Virus record (IMG/VR): IMGVR_UViG_3300017987_001512 | Span: 1-41,982 of that record | Reading direction: 5' to 3' (one strand) | Length of the DNA: 41,982 nt | Origin: a virus | Lineage: Duplodnaviria; Caudoviricetes | In this document: one piece after another, positions 37,867 through 41,982 of the stretch | Layout: the number at the start of each line of letters is the position of its first letter | Position numbering within the stretch: position 1 is the stretch's first letter | Program-made: the position numbers and the translations under genes | Notes under the pieces: model-generated | Told to the model about the DNA's origin: nothing | Database searches by the model: none | What the model saw: only the letters and a program-made list of their open reading frames with translations

Positions 37867-38553
37867 TTATCCATCAAGTTGATCAGCCCGTTGTTCGTAG
37901 GCGATCTTGATGTATTTCTTTTGTTTCGCGTTACACTTTTTAAGTGCTTTAGCTTTCTTGATTGATTTACCTGCTCTCTCAAGATCTTTTGAAGTCTTTG
38001 CTAACTTAATAACATTCAAGAAGTCCATGATTGCAGCAAGTTCTTTCTTTGTCAATTTGACTTTGATGTCTAGGTCTTCCTCTTCATCTTCGTCCTCTTC
38101 TTCCTCTTCATCTTCGTCCTCTTCTTCCTCTTCCTCGTCTTCTCCGTCCTCTTCATCCTCATCTTCATCCTCGTCCTCTTCTTCGTCTTCATCTTCTTCC
38201 TCATCCTCTTCTTCCTCGTCGTCATCTTCCTCTTCTTCCTCTTCATCATCTTCATTTTCTTCTTCTTCCTCTTCATCTTCGTCCTCTTCTTCATCATCCT
38301 CTTCGTTCAGCTCTTGTAGAAATGCCTCGTACTTTACTTTTCCTTCTTTAATCATTTCAAGAGAACGTGAAACGAACTCTGCATATACTTCTTCGATTGA
38401 TTCTACTGGAACATCTTTAATGCAAATTTGACATGGGAGATCAGTTGTTTCAAATTTGATCCCACCGTGTGCATCATCACTAAATTTGTGAATAGCACCT
38501 AATGTAACATCTGCCTTTAGTCCAGCAGATGCTGATTTCTTTTTCTTTGCCAT
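37867..38553 (-). CDS. Protein with very long D/E tract and helical C-terminal domain
   Basis: About 75 almost uninterrupted D/E residues. C-terminus IKLAKTSKDL...IAYEQRADQL resembles helical tails of phage annealing proteins. Confidence 0.75.
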   Translation of the reverse strand: MAKKKKSASAGLKADVTLGAIHKFSDDAHGGIKFETTDLPCQICIKDVPVESIEEVYAEFVSRSLEMIKEGKVKYEAFLQELNEEDDEEEDEDEEEEEENEDDEEEEEEDDDEEEEDEEEDEDEEEDEDEDEDEEDGEDEEEEEEDEDEEEEEDEDEEEDLDIKVKLTKKELAAIMDFLNVIKLAKTSKDLERAGKSIKKAKALKKCNAKQKKYIKIAYEQRADQLDG

Positions 38554-38589
38554 GTTGTTTACATGTTAATAATTAATAATCAGATAGAA

Positions 38590-38625
38590 AGTAAAGGGGT
38601 AGCTTTACTAACTATCCCCTTTACT
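38590..38625 (-). terminator. Intergenic hairpin
   Basis: AGTAAAGGGGTAG / CTATCCCCTTTACT. Confidence 0.65.
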
Positions 38626-38920
38626 AGATGTCAAGAGCTTCTTTTTTAGCCTTTTTTACTTTCTTTGCTTTCTTTGTTTTCTTTACAGCTTTCTTTGATT
38701 TCTTAGCTGCACCAGTACTTTTCTTTGCTTTCTTTGTTTCTTTCTTCGCTTTTGGTTTTGACTCAACCAAGTGATCGAATTTAGAAACTTTAAACATTTG
38801 AGGATTTTTCAATCCTTTCTGCAGTCTTCGTAAAGCGGCTTTGTTAGTAGAACTCTCTTTCACTGCTCCAGTTTTTACATGGATCAAGTGATACATCTGT
38901 TTAGTTTCTTTTTTAGCCAT
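38624..38920 (-). CDS. Early paralog family member 1 (LIH..TG...LRR.QK...FKVSK domain + Lys/Ala tail)
   Basis: 98 aa; strong SD GAGGGGGTGA. Confidence 0.8.
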   Translation of the reverse strand: MAKKETKQMYHLIHVKTGAVKESSTNKAALRRLQKGLKNPQMFKVSKFDHLVESKPKAKKETKKAKKSTGAAKKSKKAVKKTKKAKKVKKAKKEALDI

Positions 38921-38978
38921 TGTTTGTCACCCCCTCTCTAGTTGTAGTTTTATATATCATTGCTCGACCGTTAGTTAA

Positions 38979-39290
38979 TTAATATTGTTTAGTAAATAAG
39001 AACTTAAGTCTTTGAAAGAAATTCAAATTCATGAATCTCATTAGAGTTTTATTCTCATGACGTTCATTGAGAACTTTCTCTAACTCTTTTCTTTCTTTGA
39101 GTATTCTCTTGTTCTTTAGATCGAACTGTTCTTCGAGTTCTTTTTCTTTTACACCATGCTTGATCGAAAGAAGACCAATTCTGATGCACTCTTCAATTTG
39201 CATGTAATCAAGTCCTGCTTGATTTCTTAGTCTACGAATAAACTTGAAGAGCTTTTGCTTATTCGTGTAGACTCTAACACCTTTGTTCAT
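38979..39290 (-). CDS. Hypothetical protein
   Basis: 103 aa with a FFQRLKFLF C-terminal amphipathic motif. Confidence 0.7.
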   Translation of the reverse strand: MNKGVRVYTNKQKLFKFIRRLRNQAGLDYMQIEECIRIGLLSIKHGVKEKELEEQFDLKNKRILKERKELEKVLNERHENKTLMRFMNLNFFQRLKFLFTKQY

Positions 39291-39457
39291 AAATCTGTAG
39301 GCCTCACCTTCTCGGTTACTACCTTATTATTATTTAATTCTTTAAGAAGACGATGATCTCCGCATGTAATACAATCGAAGAACCATCTCCCTTCTCTCTT
39401 GTTAAATGTTTTGTAGCCATTTCCTCCACATCGAGGACATTTGATTTCATGATTCAT
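39287..39457 (-). CDS. Small Zn-ribbon protein (56 aa, absent from ORF track)
   Basis: MNHEIKCPRCGG...DCITCGD...*; ATGA overlap with the next gene. Confidence 0.7.
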   Translation of the reverse strand: MNHEIKCPRCGGNGYKTFNKREGRWFFDCITCGDHRLLKELNNNKVVTEKVRPTDL

Positions 39458-39466
39458 ATAATTTAC

Positions 39467-39570
39467 TTAAGCGGGAGGAGATAAGAGATATCTCAACGCT
39501 GTTGCACAAAAGTCTGAACCGTCGTGTCGTTGCAAATACCTCCATCACTCGTCGTCTCCATCCCGATTAA
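39467..39570. repeat. Long intergenic stem-loop
   Basis: TTAA.CGGGA.GGAGA / TCTCC.TCCCG.TTAA enclosing about 65 nt. Confidence 0.7.
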
Positions 39571-39575
39571 ATAAA

Positions 39576-39803
39576 CTATATTTTGTAGGATTCTTTGAGA
39601 TCTTGGATTACTTCAAGAGCGAACATCTTCTCAGCATAATCGTGAAGACCTTTGTCTTCTGCGATTGCTGGTTCTTGGTTGATCAGGTAAGTCATCGTTT
39701 GATCAACTCCTCGTTTGAAAGCTCTTGCTATTTTCTCCTTCTGAGAAATAACCTTTAAGCTCCCAAGTTCCTCTTGAATCAATTGTTCTGCGGTCGTGTT
39801 CAT
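39576..39803 (-). CDS. Hypothetical protein
   Basis: 75 aa; ATGA overlap with the upstream gene. Confidence 0.7.
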   Translation of the reverse strand: MNTTAEQLIQEELGSLKVISQKEKIARAFKRGVDQTMTYLINQEPAIAEDKGLHDYAEKMFALEVIQDLKESYKI

Positions 39804-39964
39804 ATAAAAGGTTTAAAATAATAGATTGCATTGCACTTTTTGCAATGACCTCTTGTTTGAGACCAGAAATATATCTCCCCATCACATTTCTTGCATCTCC
39901 CTAAGAAGAAAAACCCGAATTCAATTCTTAGGATGATTAATTTCTCTTTGATTTTCTGGATCAT
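39800..39964 (-). CDS. Small Zn-ribbon protein
   Basis: Likely start MIQKIKEK (39964); CKKC...CKKC. Confidence 0.65.
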   Translation of the reverse strand: MIQKIKEKLIILRIEFGFFFLGRCKKCDGEIYFWSQTRGHCKKCNAIYYFKPFI

Positions 39965-39971
39965 ATTTTTA

Positions 39972-40091
39972 TTAGTTAATAAATTGCTGATCTCTGATTC
40001 AAAGGCCCCCATGCTTGTCGTGTAGAAGTACTTCCCCTTCTGTACTCTCGATACAGAAGCTAAGAATAGAGATCAGTAACCTGTTAGCTAA
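39972..40091. repeat. Long intergenic stem-loop
   Basis: TTAGTTAATA..TTGCTGATCTCTgATTC / GAATAGAGATCAGTAA..TGTTAGCTAA with inner CTTCTGTA/TACAGAAG. Confidence 0.8.
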
Positions 40092-40203
40092 TTCCAAGGA
40101 TCACTAAAGTAGCTATCAAGAGAATCTTGATCCAAAACCACTGCTGCTTTAGTGTCTTCTTCGCTTCTTGGTGTTTTCTAATTGTTGGGTTTTGTGATTT
40201 CAT
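40084..40203 (-). CDS. Small C-terminal-TM protein (39 aa, absent from ORF track)
   Basis: MKSQNPTIRKHQEAKKTLKQQWFWIKILLIATLVILGIS*. Confidence 0.55.
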   Translation of the reverse strand: MKSQNPTIRKHQEAKKTLKQQWFWIKILLIATLVILGIS

Positions 40204-40357
40204 TTGTTTTAACAACTCTTGTTACTTTATTAAACTCTTTCTCGCCAATACAATCGAAGAGAAAGACTAACTCAAGAGACATATCTTTTTTACAAATATC
40301 ACATTGATAATTTGCTCTCCCGAGTCTTACTAAATTTTGTAGACAACTGTGTTTCAT
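40178..40357 (-). CDS. Small Cys/His protein (59 aa, absent from ORF track)
   Basis: MKHSCLQ...YQCDICKKDMS...*; AT-rich leader like other genes. Confidence 0.6.
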   Translation of the reverse strand: MKHSCLQNLVRLGRANYQCDICKKDMSLELVFLFDCIGEKEFNKVTRVVKTNEITKPNN

Positions 40358-40369
40358 AATTTTAATAAT

Positions 40370-40606
40370 TAGTTCTATCCTCTCCAGTAATGTCGTAATG
40401 AGCTACCGTTCCGTAGTTCCAATATAACAAATAGACCAGAGAGGTTAGAAATAACTATTCTTCTGAGATCTAACTATACCCATCTCTGGGAGTTGCCGAT
40501 ATCAGTTAAATCTCGAATAATTACTCTTTGCTAGGATCTACCTAAGAGTCCGTGACTAGAAAGGAGGTGAATCATTTTTAGTTTAGACGGTAAATCCTAG
40601 TAAGAG
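40370..40606. ncRNA. Cluster of three stem-loops; candidate structured RNA
   Basis: TTCTATCCTCTC/GAGAGGTTAGAA (~40373-40450); GAGATCTAACT/AGTTAAATCTC (~40465-40514); CTCTTTGCTAGGATCTACC/GGTAAATCCTAGTAAGAG (40524-40606). Confidence 0.5.
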
Positions 40607-40609
40607 AAA

Positions 40610-41128
40610 TTATGCTAGCTTTAAAAGTGCTGCATCGAATGAGCCATCGTAGTTTGTCTTCTTCCTCGTTCGAGTTCTTCGCTTTTCTCGACGAGATAGA
40701 CCAACTGGTACGTCCTCTCCTCCGATGTTTAGTACTTGACCGAATTTCTTAACTAAGCCTGACATCTTCTCTTGATAAGCATCCATTCCTTCAATATCAA
40801 ATCCTCTTGATCTTCTCTTATTAATTTCATCGACTGTTGGTACTGGTACGATAACTTTAAGACCTGCGTTAATTCTTCTTTCATTGATTCTCTCTTGACA
40901 TCTGATTATTTGTTCTGGAGTGAATCGTGCTGAGAAACCTTTTTGACGGGTTCCATCAGATCGAACTTGTTTAACTCCTGTCTTTGTCATCTGTGTTGAT
41001 CCTGGTTTGAATTTTGAGACTTTGAAGTCTTTTCCATTTTCCATAGTTTTTTGTATTCTTCTTAGTTTGCCTTTGCTGCTTGCTTCTTCTTTAACTTTCC
41101 CAGTCTCTTTGTGGATTAAATAAAACAT
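40610..41128 (-). CDS. Early paralog family member 2
   Basis: 172 aa; MFYLIHKETGKV...KGKLRRIQK...FKVSKF; SD AAGGAAGGTGA. Confidence 0.8.
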   Translation of the reverse strand: MFYLIHKETGKVKEEASSKGKLRRIQKTMENGKDFKVSKFKPGSTQMTKTGVKQVRSDGTRQKGFSARFTPEQIIRCQERINERRINAGLKVIVPVPTVDEINKRRSRGFDIEGMDAYQEKMSGLVKKFGQVLNIGGEDVPVGLSRREKRRTRTRKKTNYDGSFDAALLKLA

Positions 41129-41149
41129 ATTATCACCTTCCTTTCTAGT

Positions 41150-41521
41150 TTAAATTAATTCTAATAATATTTCATCCTTGTCAAGATTGTTACCTCTTCG
41201 ACAAGTGACGTTAACTCCTGCTTTAACGATTCTTCTCATATCCTCGACTGTTTCTGGTCTAGTCTTAAACTTACGTTTGATGATCCTCCTTCTTAGCGCT
41301 CTTGGTGCTGTCCACCTCTTTCTAGTCTTACGCTTTATCGGCTTGCTAGGATTTCGTTTTGCTGTGCTAGTAGGACGAGAAGATAGCTTTTGATATTTAC
41401 TAACTTTATACATTTCTCTGTCCTCTAATTGCTTCTGTATTCTCCTGAGTTTACCCTTGCTGCCGACTGCTTCAATTGTACCTGATTCCTTGTGAATTAA
41501 ATAAAATTGTTTGACAAGCAT
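41150..41521 (-). CDS. Early paralog family member 3
   Basis: 123 aa; FYLIHKESGTI...KGKLRRIQK...YKVSKY with an R/K-rich tail. Confidence 0.8.
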   Translation of the reverse strand: MLVKQFYLIHKESGTIEAVGSKGKLRRIQKQLEDREMYKVSKYQKLSSRPTSTAKRNPSKPIKRKTRKRWTAPRALRRRIIKRKFKTRPETVEDMRRIVKAGVNVTCRRGNNLDKDEILLELI

Positions 41522-41587
41522 GGTATCGTGTTTAGTTAATTAGATCTTCCTTCTCCTCCAACTGTGCTGAAGGAGAGGAGAGAGTAA

Positions 41588-41851
41588 TTAGATTAAATTT
41601 GCTTTTTGTAATTTACGAATAAGATCCTGTAGCTCATCGTTGAGCTCATTGTTTCTTTCGTCCATATCCTCGATTGCATAGTCTAAGTCTCGTTGAGATA
41701 TCTTCTCGTTAACCTCATCTTGTACTGATTCAATCTCACTGCTCATGTCTCGTTGAACCATTTCGATATCTTCGCTTACATCTTCTTTTAGCTCTTGAAT
41801 CATTTTGTCAATTCCTAAGAATTTGACGATCCATAGTTTAAAAGATTTCAT
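41588..41851 (-). CDS. Coiled-coil hypothetical protein
   Basis: 87 aa: amphipathic N-terminus and acidic heptads. Confidence 0.7.
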   Translation of the reverse strand: MKSFKLWIVKFLGIDKMIQELKEDVSEDIEMVQRDMSSEIESVQDEVNEKISQRDLDYAIEDMDERNNELNDELQDLIRKLQKANLI

Positions 41852-41866
41852 AAGATTGGTGAGGAT

Positions 41867-41966
41867 TATATATCAATGAATACGAGTGATTAAATTATTT
41901 CAGAGACTCTAATATAATTAATGTATAGTCTCATTGAATATAATTTCTTTGATCCATTGATATATA
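41867..41966. repeat. Long inverted repeat / possible early promoter region
   Basis: Perfect 12-bp IR TATATATCAATG (41867-41878)/CATTGATATATA (41955-41966), inner GAGACT/AGTCTC; TATAAT on the - strand. Confidence 0.7.
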
Positions 41967-41982
41967 TTCCTGTTATGAATTA

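Larger units (their letters stand above)
34..41851. mobile_element. Tailed dsDNA bacteriophage (podovirus-like), near-complete genome segment
   Basis: Portal-scaffold-decoration-capsid order, adaptor/nozzle/ejection genes with no tape measure or sheath, holin, and a converging replication arm. No host housekeeping genes. Confidence 0.95.

Noticed and set aside
40555-40575. Fragment of a 16S rRNA gene
   Set aside because: The match is limited to about 13 nt of the anti-SD tail, and the flanks are not rRNA-like.
39467-40606. CRISPR mini-array or tRNA genes in the structured early region
   Set aside because: No direct repeats with regular spacers and no cloverleaf or T-loop consensus; only inverted repeats.
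1-41982. Alternative genetic code (TGA/TAG recoding, as in some CPR or crAss-like phages)
   Set aside because: Genes are intact and densely packed under code 11; TGA and TAG act as real stops, including ATGA overlaps.

Overview
This window is most of the genome of an AT-rich, short-tailed (podovirus-like) dsDNA phage, arranged as two convergent arms. The + strand (34-27233) carries morphogenesis and lysis genes: portal, scaffold, capsid decoration, major capsid, several membrane-anchored or secreted Ser/Thr-rich virion-type proteins, holin(s), HNH, a papain-like C1 peptidase, adaptor, nozzle and two ejection proteins. The - strand (41851-27342) carries early, replication and nucleotide genes: small early ORFs, PD-(D/E)XK exonuclease, primase-polymerase/DnaB fusion, SSB-like protein, dNMP kinase, all-alpha dNTP pyrophosphatase, thymidylate-synthase homolog, family-B DNA polymerase, a MazG/DUF1599-like protein, VRR-NUC and a DHH phosphoesterase. 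No terminase, integrase, RNA polymerase, tRNA or CRISPR was recognised; the terminase probably lies just outside the window. SD-less AT-rich leaders and A-[ST]-[ST]-[ST]-rich exported proteins point, by inference, to a Patescibacteria/CPR-type host. Main leads: (1) virion proteins made with N-terminal membrane anchors followed by a shared (D/T)-x-F-G motif that also sits at the predicted pro/mature junction of the phage's own papain-like protease, suggesting membrane-tethered assembly with proteolytic release; (2) a cytosine-replacement pathway, since the TS homolog has the dCMP-type Asp; (3) about a dozen long intergenic stem-loops, one displaying a 16S-like anti-Shine-Dalgarno sequence complementary to the RBSs of a three-member early paralog family. 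All protein calls come from motif recognition and synteny only; no searches were run.
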